From contig OX597829.1 of assembly GCA_951406725.2 (NCBI GenBank), positions 48,360,001 through 48,424,000 of the forward strand: a stretch of DNA of 64,000 nt, read 5' to 3'. The notes under the pieces are model-generated. The model was not told the origin of the DNA. It worked only from the letters and a program-made list of their open reading frames with translations, and did not search any database. Both the position numbers and the translations under genes were made by a program. Below, piece by piece: positions 1 through 11,898 of this stretch. The stretch's first letter is position 1; the number at the start of each line of letters is the position of its first letter. The stretch comes from Octopus vulgaris (Eukaryota).

Positions 1-470
1 AACCAATAAAAATCGCGTTGGATAAATCTGTCTCAAATACACAAAGTGTAACGTGTGTGTATATGAAATAGTCACTGTTGGATTGGAATATCGGTCATCA
101 TATGTATGGCTTTATCGTGGCTTACATAAATTGACAACGACGAACTATGAAGTTAATTCGAATGACCACATTGGCAGCACTCACTAGCATAGCTAGCGTG
201 CGTCACGAGGGGCGGCCCCTTCCATTTGCCGCTCCCGTCTGCAGCAGACCCCAAAAGTGTCGTCCCTGTAACAATGCCGCCCGAGGCAGACCGCCCCGTT
301 CCAGCTACGCTCCTGGCAGTACTTCGCTGACTTGAGAGAAAAGAAAAAAAAAAAAGTACACGTGACACCTTTGTAGGTCATCAATGTTACTAGCTGTCTG
401 GCTAGTTTGTTGGTGTTTAGTTTGAATGTCTGCCGGGTAAAATATCTAAGGAAACTGTAAGGAGACGACA
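1..470. promoter_or_regulatory. CpG/GC-rich promoter-like region, possibly bidirectional
   Basis: GC- and CpG-rich patch at ~195-330 in AT-rich DNA. CCAAT at 3-7, ATTGG at 82-86 and 170-174, TGCGTCAC at 199-206, E-box CACGTGAC at 359-366. Donor-like sites point outward: GTGAGT on minus at 184-179 and GTAAGG on plus at 457-462. Confidence 0.45.
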
Positions 471-771
471 ATACTACAGGGAGTTTAGCTATTTTTGGCG
501 AAGTATTTCATTTCTGAAATGAAGAGCGGAAATTTCAATTTTTTGTTTGTTTGTTTGCTTGCGGGGTTTTGTACATCATCCTTTAAAAAAAATATTTATG
601 CGTATTCATTCCACTTAAGCTATATCCATTAGCTCATTTTATGTAGTTTAAATACCAAAATCAGTTCTTGTATGACACTGTAGGAATGTGGAAAGCAAGA
701 GACTGTTTTGTTGGTTGAATCTAAATCCAGAGGGAATAGTTAAGAATCCAGGTCGTTTCCTTTTGTTTCAG

Positions 772-830
772 AACAACCTGTTTTGTTCACTGTTGGAAAG
801 GACCACTCATTGTCTCATCATGTGAAAGTG
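772..830 (+). other. candidate 59-nt non-coding (5'UTR) exon
   Basis: Polypyrimidine acceptor TTTCCTTTTGTTTCAG ends at 771, and donor GTG|GTGAGA starts at 831. Its only ATG (820) is followed directly by TGA. Motif evidence only. Confidence 0.3.
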
Positions 831-834
831 GTGA

Positions 835-1587
835 GACACAAGATCTAACAACGATAATAATAATAATATACAATACATAACAACGATAATAATAATAATA
901 ATATACAATACCTAACAACGATAATAATAATAATATACAAGACCTAACAACGATAATAATAATAATATACAAGACCTAACAACGATAATGATGATAATAC
1001 ACAAGACCTAACAACGATAATGATAATACACAAGACCTAACAACGATAATGATGATAATACACAAGACCTAACAACGGTAATAATAATAATACACAAGAC
1101 CTAACAACGATAATAATAATACACAAGACCTAACAACGATAATGATGATAATACACAAGACCTAACAACGATAATGATGATAATACACAAGACCTAACAA
1201 CGATAATGATGATAATACACAAGACCTAACAACGATAATGATGATAATACACAAGACCTAACAACGATAATGATGATAATACACAAGACCTAACAACGAT
1301 AATAATAATAATAATAATGCACAAGACCTAACAACGATAATAATATACAAGACCTAACAACGATAATAATATACAAGACCTAACAACGATAATAATATAC
1401 AAGACCTAACAACGATAATAATGATAATACACAAGACCTAACAACGATAATAATAATACACAAGACCTAACAACGATAATAATATACAAGACCTAACAAC
1501 GATAATGATAATACACAAGACCTAACAACGATAATAATAATAATACACAAGACCTAACAACGATAATAATAATAATAATAATAATCA
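835..1587. repeat. minisatellite ACACAAGACCTAACAACGAT+(AAT/GAT)n, roughly 24 variable-length units
   Basis: Directly visible tandem array with a constant core and a variable trinucleotide spacer. Confidence 0.95.
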
Positions 1588-2090
1588 TTTATACTAATAG
1601 GTAAAAGGCTTGAAATTTGGGGGAAGACGGGACTAGGCAATTACATCGACTTCAGTACTTGACTGGTACTTATTTTATTAAGCTCGATAGGATTAAAGGC
1701 AAAATCGACCCGGCGAATTTAAATCCCAAAAGTAAAGACGGGTGAAAGCCGCTAACAATAATAATAATAATACCAATTCTTTTTACCATAGGCACAAAGA
1801 GCGAAATTGTGCGGGTGGGAGCTAGTCAATTACATCGACTGCGAAAGGATGAAAGGCAAAGTCAATTACGGCAAGATTCAAAATTTTGGCACAAGGCCAG
1901 CAATTTAAAGAGAGAGCGTGCGAAAGTCGGTTACAGCGATCTCAGTTTCTAAATGGGACTTATATTATCCATCCCAAACATATGAAAGGTAGTCGACCTC
2001 TGCGGTATTTGAACTCATGACGTAAAGAACCGGAAGAAATGCTGCTAAGCATTTTTTTTTTCCGGTGCGACCGTTTCTGCCGGCTCGTCG
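1588..2090 (-). mobile_element. cluster of degenerate SINE family A fragments
   Basis: Reverse-complement matches to the family A core (…ACTGGTACTTATTTTAT…GGATGAAAGGCAAAGTC…). Confidence 0.7.
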
Positions 2091-2831
2091 TCAGCGCAGA
2101 AAAGTCCTGGACTATGACAGACAAACTGGTTAGAATTCGATGTAAAGTAGTAATTGGATTTCGCCGACCGCCCAACGGAACTGACACTAAAGTGGAGTGT
2201 TATATACTCAAGTATCGCTGAAGTTTTGGTGGTTGTTGTTCCTTTTGGTGTAATTAACTTGTGAGAAAACTATATAATGGTTTTAATTATACGTTCCTAT
2301 TAGATCGATTCGAAGTACTAGTCTAGTAGATTAGTTTAGCGCTAATTGAGCTACGATGTAAGGCGTCCCGTCGGTGACTATCTCGTTTACATAGTCCAAT
2401 GTAGCTTTCTTTTTGTAAAAACGTACAGTATGATTTGAAGGAGATTCGGCTGTTGTTTCTATGCGAAGCTCTAGATGTCTACTGCTCTTCAAAGATTTGT
2501 CGTTTCAAAGCATCTATATTCATATAGGTTACCATTTGAAGGTTCTTCCTAAGCCATTCTTACGGTAATAGTCTTAGTATCAAAATGTCACGCAGCTAAA
2601 AGAGTGCAAATCATTCTGCTTGCGTTAAACGATTTGCCTGAACAGATACAAATAAGGTTTTGGATCGTTAAAGCGTGCGAGGACGTTAGTTCATACGTAC
2701 GGTAGACATTTCGTTGATATAAATAAAGCAATGTTTTCAACCGTACACCACTTCGATTAAAAAAAAAGTAAAAGTGCTCCTCCACGAACGGGTAAAGTGT
2801 GTGTATAGGCGCGGGCATGGATTTATCGTAA

Positions 2832-3052
2832 GGCGGCGAGCTGGCTGAATCGTTAGAACGCCGGTCGAAATGCGTAGCCGTGTTTCGTCTGCCGTTACGT
2901 TCTGGGTTCAAATTCCGCTGGTTGACTTTGCCTTTCATCCTTTCGGGGTCGATAAATTAAGTACCAGTTACGCACTGGGGTCGATATAATCGACTTAATC
3001 CGTTTGTTTGTCCCCTCTGTGTTTAGCCCCTTGTGGGTAGTAAAGAAATAGG
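2832..3052 (+). mobile_element. tRNA-derived SINE family A, well-preserved copy
   Basis: GGCGAGCTGGCTGAATCGTTAG head (A-box-like), GGTTCAAATTCC B-box, core GACTTTGCCTTTCATCCTTTCGGGGTCGATAAATTAAGTACCAG, tail …TGTGGGTAGTAAAGAAATAG. Many copies occur in the window. Confidence 0.9.
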
Positions 3053-3331
3053 ATGTATCGTAATTTATCCCCAACATGATACTCAAATCGATTGTATGCC
3101 CAACAGGGCTTTGAGTTCAGTCCCACTGCATAACATCTTGGGCAGGTCTCTTAACATAGTCCCGGTTTAATCAATGACTTGAGAGTGACTGAGACAAGAT
3201 CGAAAAGAGTTTCTTTTATTTAAAACTTTATTGTAAGTTTTCACTTATTACCTACGTACTCACTGCTCTGATGTAACCACCATGGGAAATAGTAATCTAG
3301 GAAAGAAATACGATTTAAGTTTACTCATTTA

Positions 3332-3707
3332 CTAGCAGTATTGCCCGATTTGTTTCGACCCTTTTGAATTGGAATTTTTGAAAAGTAACAATTTTGCATT
3401 ATGTAGCTTGTTATTCTATTTAAGTGAATATTTTTCTGGTTGAAATACACCGAAAAATGGCGACACAGTAGTAAAAAAAATCGTAAAAAATAGGGATTTT
3501 GATAGAATAAAAGCACCTTTTTGATGTAAATATTTTTTGGTGTTAACATGGTCCGATTTGAATTTTTTCTTCTACGGAAGGAAGAGCAAGCCTTCTATCA
3601 TACTCTCAATTTTGGTCAACTTGCGCCGCAGGGTCTCGGAGGAGATAGTGTTAGTTGAAGGCTACCAAACCTGCCATAACACAGACAACTTCAGCTTTAT
3701 ATATAGA
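3332..3707 (-). mobile_element. non-autonomous Helitron (H-type termini, different interior)
   Basis: On minus it reads A|TCTATATATAAAG…ATACTGCTAG|T with no TSD. Termini resemble those of 9938-10221 and 18868-19262. Confidence 0.75.
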
Positions 3708-4137
3708 TTTAGACCTGGCATCAACCAACTCACCCAGAAACTGTCTGGTTCTCGTACAAAACTATTTTAAAATATTCATAGTTTAATTAAAACTTTCATC
3801 ATATTTCAGAAGTTAGTTATCCAAGTGAATAGCTCGAAAGTTTTCATTAATTTTTATTCCAAAATTAATTGAAATAGTTGGTGTCAATTTCATTAGGAAT
3901 ATGATCCCCAAAGGTTTAAACGTGAACCGGAAGAACCAACAGATTTAGGACAAATTAAACAAGTTACAGCTTAGAGCCTTCCTGTCCGTAGGGGCTTCGA
4001 AATAATTAGACTGTATAAGTTTTCGTATTTTGTGATATGTTAAGATGTTAATTTTTTAACAAGGGACCTTCAAGCTTTGTGGAATTTAGGGCCTCACCAA
4101 ATCTAAATTCGACACTTCCGTGGAACAGAGTTGAATT

Positions 4138-4720
4138 GGGCGTGACTGTATGGTTGAGAAACTTGCTTTTCAACCGTGTGGTTTTTGGTTCGCTCCGACA
4201 ATGCGGCATCTTGGTGAAGTGTCTTCCACTACTACCCTGAGCCAATCAAAATTTTGTGTGTAGATTTGGTAGGTGTTTGCGGGGAGGGGGGACTCATGTT
4301 TGTCCCTCACCACCGCTTGAGAATTGGTGTTGACTTGTTTACATCCCCTTAAATTAGTATGTCCTCGTAATTTAGTTTGGTTAAACCAGTGCTTTTCAAA
4401 CTTTTTGCTGGAGCGGAACCCCAAGGAAACATTCCACTGGCTCGAGGAACCCCTGTGCAATAATTTAATTGTCTTATTCACACATATCTGCACAGGAGAA
4501 TTAAAAATTATTGCCGATTTTAGCGGTTTTGTAACTTCTTGCGGAATCCCTGGACTGTATTGGCGGAACCCTGGTTGAAAACCACTGGGTTAAACAGACC
4601 GATATTATCAGTACCAGACTGAAAAAAAAAAAGTTCTGGAATCGATTTGTTCGGCTGAACCTTTCAAAGCAGTACCTCCATATGGCTGTGGTCCAGTGAC
4701 TGAAACATGCAAAAAAACAG
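4138..4720 (+). mobile_element. degenerate CORE-type SINE family B interrupted by a hAT MITE
   Basis: Diverged match to family B (…CTTGGTGAAGTGTCTT…; …GTCCAGTGACTGAAACA). Confidence 0.7.
4387..4587. mobile_element. hAT (Charlie-like) MITE
   Basis: TIRs CAGTGCTTTTCAA / TTGAAAACCACTG. Perfect 8-bp TSD GGTTAAAC (4379-4386, 4588-4595). Confidence 0.9.
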
Positions 4721-6186
4721 TAAGGTCAGGGAATATAGGTGATCGAAGTGTGTGTATGTGCGTGTGCGTGCGTAATTCTCGTTTATCGCCTCTTGTATCG
4801 ACGAAGCAGTGAGCTCCCATTGTGAATTATAACTCGAAAGCGAAAATAATTTCTTATATGGTGACAAGGGCACGTATTTATTGGGAAACAAGATAGTCAA
4901 TTGAATCGATGTGTTCTACGTAGGCTGTAGATAATGAATCGCTCTGCCGGTCTTGTGCTGTTCTACGAGAACTGTATTTTAAAAAAAACCATTCTCATTA
5001 TGTAGAAAAGACTTAGACGTGTGTGATGTATATATTTACACACACTCGACTGAGAATACTGGCAGATAAAGCTTTCAGATGTATCTAGAACTGTCTCTGG
5101 CGAGTTAGTCTCCCAGATGCTGCTTTAACATCGATTCCAGTGCTTGGCTGGCTGGTGCTGTATTTTATCGACCCCGAAAGGATGACCGGCAAACTTGACC
5201 TCTGCCTCTATTTTGTCTGACGTGCTAACTCTTCTGCCAGCTAGCTGCATTTCACTGTTGTTACTTTCTGAAATTATCGTTTCAGGTTTTCTCTGGAAAT
5301 TAGAGCCAGCAATTAACTTTTAATTATTTATCTATTAAGTCGGTGAGCTGACAATCGTTTGCATGCCAGACAAATTGCTTGGCAGCATTTCGTCCGTTTT
5401 TTTTACGTCCTGATTTCAAATTCCGCCGAAATCGATAAAATAAGTACCTCTCAAATTACTGAGGTTGATATAATCACCTTTAGCCCCCCCCCCCGCTCAA
5501 AAACTGCTACCCTTGTGCCAAAAATTTAAACCATTATTTATTAAACATTAATATTGTATCAAAATTCACATTGCAAATATACTGTTTAAAACAGAATATT
5601 GGTATCAAGAAATTTCTAAGGTTATCCGAAACACGGCATTGCTGAGGTGCATCACGTAAAACATGACGCTAAGGTTAACAAAAACTTTTTTTTTTCTCTC
5701 TCTCTGAACATGTCATAGGGTTGGAAAATATAATTCACTGACAAATCACGGTATTTAGGTATTTTAATCTGTTCGTCTAGAGCAGTTTCTCTACCATTTT
5801 TTGCCTTACAATTTTGAGGCAAGAATGTTAGTCGATATCATCGACTCCAGTTCTTGACTGGTATTTTATTTTATGGACTTCGAAAAGATGAAAGGTACCG
5901 TAGATTCGGCGGGGTTTGAACTCAGAACTTAAGGATTAGAACAAATACTTAAAAACATATTTATCCGATGCTGCAACAATTCTGGCAGCACGCCATTCTT
6001 AAATTGATGTCTGCTATTAATCATCAGTGTAATTGAACGATACTCAACCTATTAGATAACGTGTGTGCATTGTAACTGTCACCGATCATTCGATTGCGAG
6101 TGGTGGTTTGGAAATATCAACCACACTTTCATTAATTCTTGTAGGTGTCTGTGTAGTCACAGGCATAGACATCTACCCGTCATCTT

Positions 6187-6309
6187 CCTATTTCTTTACT
6201 ACCCACAAGGGGCTAAACACAGAGAGGACAAACGAATTAAGTCGATTATATCGATCCCAGTGTCTAACTGGTACTTGTTTTATCGACCCCGAAAGGATGA
6301 AAGGCAAAA
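6187..6309 (-). mobile_element. SINE family A, 5'-truncated
   Basis: Reverse complement of the family A tail and core. Confidence 0.85.
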
Positions 6310-7944
6310 TCTTCCACATCGAGCTTGAGTCAGTAAACATGCTAGTCGTTCCGGCTGACATCTGATGGGAGAAAGAGCACCCAGTTGAAAGTCATTTTAG
6401 CCGAGTAGAAAGCCAGGTACAACATGAAATGAAATAAAACACTTCACCAGCCCAGAAATTGATCCACCACGACGCTATTGTAGTAGCAAGTGCTTAATAA
6501 ACCTTTGTCGACAGTCATGTTGGCCGAATAGGTATAATTATAAGTTTCTCATTGGTTAAAATTACTGCCGATATTTGAATTCTGACTTTCGTCAAAGAGA
6601 AATCTTTCACGAAATACAGTTCTTAGAATTCAGATATGAGCAGTTATAAAAACCCTGATTTTGGGGAAATAAATCAGTGTTCGTTGGTTGTCACTTGATT
6701 CCACGACACTCAGTTTCTTGAGATATTGGTTATTGCCATGGCAAGTCTTTTGTCTAATTCAACAAGGCTATTTTGAATTGTTTAAAACTCTTGTAGCTTA
6801 GTTATGGAAGAATTAGTTAATATAAATAAATTTTATGTCGTAACTTTCTACAGCAGTCTTCTTTTGACTTATAAAAACGTACTGTAAATATTAAATGTAC
6901 GCAAATAAATTAATCTAGTAAATAATTTCTTTTCATTTCTTCAACCTGTTGATGAAATTTATTTCTGTAACTATTGAAACTGTTATTATAGCGGTGAAAA
7001 AGAGTGAGCTTTATTATATTCAACATACATGCACTTTCAGCACCTTGGTAAATATAACTCACCACAGCGTTTATGTAATCTGACCTAGGGTTTATGTATG
7101 GTGATAAATACTTATAATTAAGTTATGACGAATTTATCACCACAGCTCTCTGCTCAAGAAATATATTTATTATGATTTCAAACCGAACACGTTATAAATC
7201 GATTAAATTATTTAATTATAAATTTCCACTATTATAAAATTGCCACTCGTCATTCTTCTCAATACCCACGCCGATATATAAATTGGCGACAAGACCGGTT
7301 ATAAACTGGCTAACCACTCGTTATATTAATAATAATGAGCCAAACATTCTAACCACTAGATCACACGCCCTCTCTTGTTTTAGGTGCATTACTGGCCATG
7401 AGATCTTTCGCGTCATTCCTGGCGTAGTAAGTTACATAATATTGGTGTGTTGATTGGCTCTTTCTTTTAATACGATCTACGGCAGTGCTTCATTGTCTTT
7501 TGTACGGTCTTTCAGACCAATGAAATCAACGTTGTTGGTTTCCGGGTTGAACTTCTTGAAGTCGGTATTCGAAAGGAAAGGAAAAACAAAAAAAAAAAAA
7601 ACGTTAGGTTATAGGTAGGTTACTTTGGGATGGAATTTTAGAGAATTGAATAGCTCTGTGGAAGGATTGGGGTGGCTGAAGAGCTTAAAGGTGTGGTGAA
7701 GTGAAAATTGGATGGAAATGTTTTCAGGGGAACCAGAATTGAGGTGTGATATGGTATGCGCAATGCTAATTTAGTTCACACAAAGGGAGAGAGTTTGTAA
7801 CCTTGTAGATATTTGATGAAGAATTCTCTAAGTGGTCGACTGGCTTTCTAAAGTTGCTATCAATAATTGCACTAAATAGGATTTTACTTGAGTTTTCTTC
7901 ATGGCCTAAGAGGGGCTGATAAGAGACGAAGTATTTATTTATTT

Positions 7945-8470
7945 TTTGTCTTCGGTTATTGAACTGCGGCTATGCTGGTGTGCCGCCTTGAAAGGTTTGG
8001 CGTAACTTCGGTATAAGTACCGGAAACATTTCAAGAAAGTGTTTTTTTTTTAAATATATATGGCGGGGTGAGGGAGTTAGGGGGGAGAAAAGGGTTTCTG
8101 TTATCTTAAGAAATGTAAATAAAGCCACTTACGGTACTTATACCGAAGGATCGCCAAAGGTTTTTGTCGAACGAATAGACCCAGTACTTTTTAGAAAAAA
8201 TACTGGTACTTAATCTTTTTTGCCGAACCGCTAAGTTACGGTGACGTAAATGAACCAACGTTTGTTTACGGTTGTCAAACGGTAGTGGGGCGACGGGGAT
8301 ACACACGCTACAGTTTACAATGAGCTTCTTTCAGTTTCCGTCTACCAAATCCACACACAGGGCTTTAGTCAACCCAAGGCTTTTGTAGAAAACACTTACC
8401 CAAGGTACCACGCACTTGGTCGGAACCCAGAACCATATGGTTGGGAAGCAAGCTTCTTACACCATACCAA
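7945..8470 (-). mobile_element. SINE family B, degenerate and interrupted
   Basis: Contains CCGAACCGCTAAGTTACGG, CTTTCAGTTTCCGTCTACCAAATCCAC and CACTTACCCAAGGTACCACGC. Confidence 0.8.
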
Positions 8471-8877
8471 TTAAAAGAAAAAAATAGAAAAAAACAACCC
8501 TGTAGTTTTGGTGATGTCATGAAATCATTGACGATTTTGAAGCCTACAATCAATTATCTTCTTGGCTGTGTGTTCCTTTTAATGCATAGAGAGGGTGAGA
8601 AAGAATAAGTATGAGCAATTGTTTCGTTGTGCTACCGAAAGAAAGCGGGTTGACATTTCCTATACGAGAGATGTCCTCTTTACGGAAATAGTGTTTTGTA
8701 CTGATTGCACGTTGATGACGCTTGTATACGGAAATGTTAAAGGAGTGTATAGTGTTTTCACCTTCTTATATATGTTGTTTAGAAGTGACAGTATATAGGT
8801 CTCTTAATGTTCGTTAAAGGAAGAGAGTGAAAAATTTAAACTACGGCGTATACCAGAGTTGGAGTTATTCGCTTTTT

Positions 8878-9276
8878 GGCAATCTTTCGTCTCTAGTAGA
8901 CCTTTCCGTCGATTTCCGTAAAAAAATTTTTTTTTTTTACATATGGGCTTGCGGGAACTTTTGAAGTAATGACAGCGAAAGAGACTAAGAGAAAGCGATT
9001 GTATGACGAGGGAAGTTCTTTTGAATTTACCGTCCAGGGGAAGCATTGATGTACATGTGTGTGTGTGTGTGTTAGATGGGGTGTGGGAGACAGACAGTAT
9101 GTTGTGTAAGTGAAGTGCTTCTGTTAGTGTGTGTGAAAGAAAGAGATAACTGAAATTTTTTACTCGGTGTATATGTATGTATATTACTCCAAAAGTTCCC
9201 GCAAGCCCATATGTAAAAAAAAAAATATTTTTTTACGGAAATCGACGAAAAGGTCTACTAGAGACGAAAGATCGCC
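8878..9276. mobile_element. MITE with ~90-bp TIRs and 8-bp TSD, Merlin-like
   Basis: Arms 8878-~8970 and ~9183-9276 are near-perfect inverted repeats starting GGC(A/G)ATCTTTCG. Perfect TSD CGCTTTTT (8870-8877, 9277-9284). Confidence 0.85.
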
Positions 9277-9402
9277 CGCTTTTTCTTTAATGGTTTTGTC
9301 AAGAGAGATGGCCTGTGTTCATAATTTGTGTGGATCGATCTTGTATCAGTACATGCTGTAATACAGCTGCATAGCAAAAAGCTTCCAATGGAGCCTCTAA
9401 AA

Positions 9403-9600
9403 CAGTGGTTCCCAAACTTTTTAGAGTCGCGACCCACTATTTATCGCACCAGTTTATGACGACCCACTTAACTCTACTGAACTATCTCGATAGACAGCAG
9501 TTAATCAAAGCAAATGCGTAATTTTATAACTTTTCGCGACACACTAAGATTCCGTTCGCGACCCATCTGTGGGTCGCGACTCATAGTTTGGGAACCACTG
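9403..9600. mobile_element. hAT (Charlie-like) MITE
   Basis: TIRs CAGTGGTTCCCAAACT / AGTTTGGGAACCACTG, internal CGCGACCC motifs, perfect 8-bp TSD CTCTAAAA. Confidence 0.92.
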
Positions 9601-9937
9601 CTCTAAAACGAAAAGTTGAAGAGGTTGTTATAATAAATAACTCGAAAACTCGAGGTATTTCGTACTGGTGTTTAACAAATGAGTGAAAACGATCCAATGT
9701 GAACGCCCTGTGCATATATGGTCGGTCATTCGACAACTAAAGATAGTAATCAAATTCTCTTAAATCATATCCCGCCGTTTGTGTACGAAAGGAAGAACAC
9801 ATTTGATAAGGTTGTCCTAGATATAGTGTCTGGAGAAAATGGAGTTTTTTTTTATATACTACACTAAGGGCTGACAAAAATATTGGGAACGATGATGGAC
9901 GACACTGTATGAGACTACATAAAAAAAAAGTGTGTAA

Positions 9938-10221
9938 TCTTTATATATAAAAGTGAAGTTGTGTGTCTGTCTCCTACGATTTAGATTCCTAACTACTCCC
10001 ACATTTTGCGGTGCAGTTTAACCAAAACCGGGTATCTTATAGTCGTGATTCATATCGAGCCCTTCTGGGTATTAGCGCGCGTCTACGATTTAAAAAAAAA
10101 TTACCATAATTTGTTTTCCATTTTTAATGCATTTTTTTGCTGTTTTTGGCTATAACTCTCTAAAAATGCTTATATAGTTATTTTCCTTACAAACCCGAGC
10201 AACGCCGGGCGATACTGCTAA
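9938..10221 (+). mobile_element. non-autonomous Helitron family H
   Basis: A|TCTTTATATATAAAAG start, subterminal hairpin CCCGAGCAACGCCGGG, CTAA|T end (CTRR), no TSD. Near-identical copy at 18868-19262. Confidence 0.85.
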
Positions 10222-10525
10222 TAAGTTTATAAAGGCACAAAAGAAAATTCAAACAATAATTCACCAAAAGCGGAGTAATCTTTGAGGATTGATGACCAGG
10301 GCAGAGTAGGAGGTAGAATTGATTGCAGTCAACTGGACGACTGTTGTATACATCCATGTGGCTTTAGTCAGTGTTACCACTAGCTGGTGGTTGTAAAAGG
10401 TACATATATATCACGAAAATTATTAAAGAAACACTAACGACATCAGTTATGAGTTTCTATGTAGTAGCTCAACTAACTAGAAATTGAAGTTAAATTCCTC
10501 TTAGATCGTAAATTCAACCATTTTA

Positions 10526-10571
<46 letters not shown>

Positions 10572-10573
<2 letters not shown>

Positions 10574-10740
10574 TCAAAAATTTGAAGACAGCAGGCAGGA
10601 AACGATCGTAGTGGATATTAATTATATTTTTTTATAATTGTTACATATTTAAATAATATAAATTAATCATATGTATTGGCTTAAGTCTTTCATTGTTTGA
10701 TTTGCCTAATAGTGGTTTTGTCTCTAATTTAATATAATAT
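10572..10740 (+). mobile_element. Penelope-type fragment in (TA)n with relic hammerhead motif
   Basis: TTGAAGA-CAGCAGGCAG-GAAAC-GATC-GTA at 10582-10610. Its end (TAATAGTGGTTTT.TCTCTAATTTA) is shared with 20992-21017. Confidence 0.45.
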
Positions 10741-11265
10741 ATATATATATATAAGGACTCTGAAAATAAGACAACGTGATCATGACAGATATCTTTGATC
10801 CTTGATCTGGTTGATAATGATTCTCCTAGGTCTAAACAATGAGTGATCTTCTATTTCGTTGGTTGATCTCTTAGATATAGCAGCCAAATCTCTCTCCAAT
10901 CATATCCTGACGTAAAACATACGAACAGATAAGGGGGATATTAGTTGAAATAAAAATGAAAAAAGAAGAAAATCCCAGTTGCTGTCAGCTTGATTGATTA
11001 TATAAATCTGCCAGATCGTGGCTGACCTTGAACTAAACAACTACCACCAACCAGCACACTACCGATAGGAGACAGTTACGACAGTTCTCACGGTAATGAG
11101 GTGGGACTTTACGTGGTTGCTTGATATGTTAGAAATAGCAACGAAATTTTTCTCAAATTGTGTTTCTTTACACTTGTTTCAGTCATTTGACTGTACTGGA
11201 GCCCCACCTTTTTTGGGTTGTTGAAACAAATCAATTCCTGTAATTTTTCGAAGTCTGGTACTTAA

Positions 11266-11484
11266 CCCTTTAGTATTTAAACTGGCCATATCTGGCCAAA
11301 ATATTTAACCTGTTTTATGTTCAAACTGACCAGATCCAGGCTCTCGCACCTACCCTACAATGTTATTCTATATTAAGTAATTACACCATCAAGATCTTGA
11401 AGATATGAGATAATGCATGATTAATTCAAATCAATGGGAATCAATAAGCATTATGTTTGATAGAATAATCTGAACACTAAAGGG
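11266..11484. mobile_element. piggyBac-like TTAA MITE family D, inserted in a SINE B
   Basis: TTAA|CCCTTTAG…CTAAAGGG|TTAA. Many copies in the window. Confidence 0.9.
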
Positions 11485-11699
11485 TTAATCTGTTGGTTTC
11501 TTTTCCCATACCGCTAACTTAGCATGAGGTAAAGAATCCAATGCCTACTGTCAAGCGGTGGGTGGGGGAACAAACCTATCATTTAGCATCCACTTTACTA
11601 TGCTTTCAAGGATTGGATGGGGTATATTGAGGCAGATTTTCTACGGCTGGATGCCCTTCCTTTTGCCAACCATCACCTTTTTTCCAAATAAGATATATT

Positions 11700-11898
11700 C
11701 TGGCAGAAATGCCGTATTTCGTCTGCCGTTTCGTTCTGAGTTCAAATTCCGCCGAGGTCGACTTTGCCTTTCATCTTTTCGGGGTTGATTAAATAAGTAC
11801 CAGTTACGCACTGGGGTCGATATAATCAACTTAATCCGTTTGTCTGTCCTTGTTTGTCCTCTCTGTGTTTAGCCCCTTGTGGGTAGTAAAGAAATAGA
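11700..11898 (+). mobile_element. SINE family A nested in a family C-like element
   Basis: Family A B-box, core and tail. Confidence 0.85.

Noticed and set aside
147-471. Short ORFs in the GC-rich start region
   Set aside because: No recognisable domains. Expected by chance in GC-rich promoter or UTR sequence.
835-1587. CRISPR-like repeat/spacer pattern
   Set aside because: The spacers are only (AAT/GAT)n microsatellite.
2588-3086. Recurrent short ORFs such as IYRPRKDERQSRPRRNL and DGLLSVSVYQIHSQGFG
   Set aside because: They are chance frames within multi-copy SINEs.
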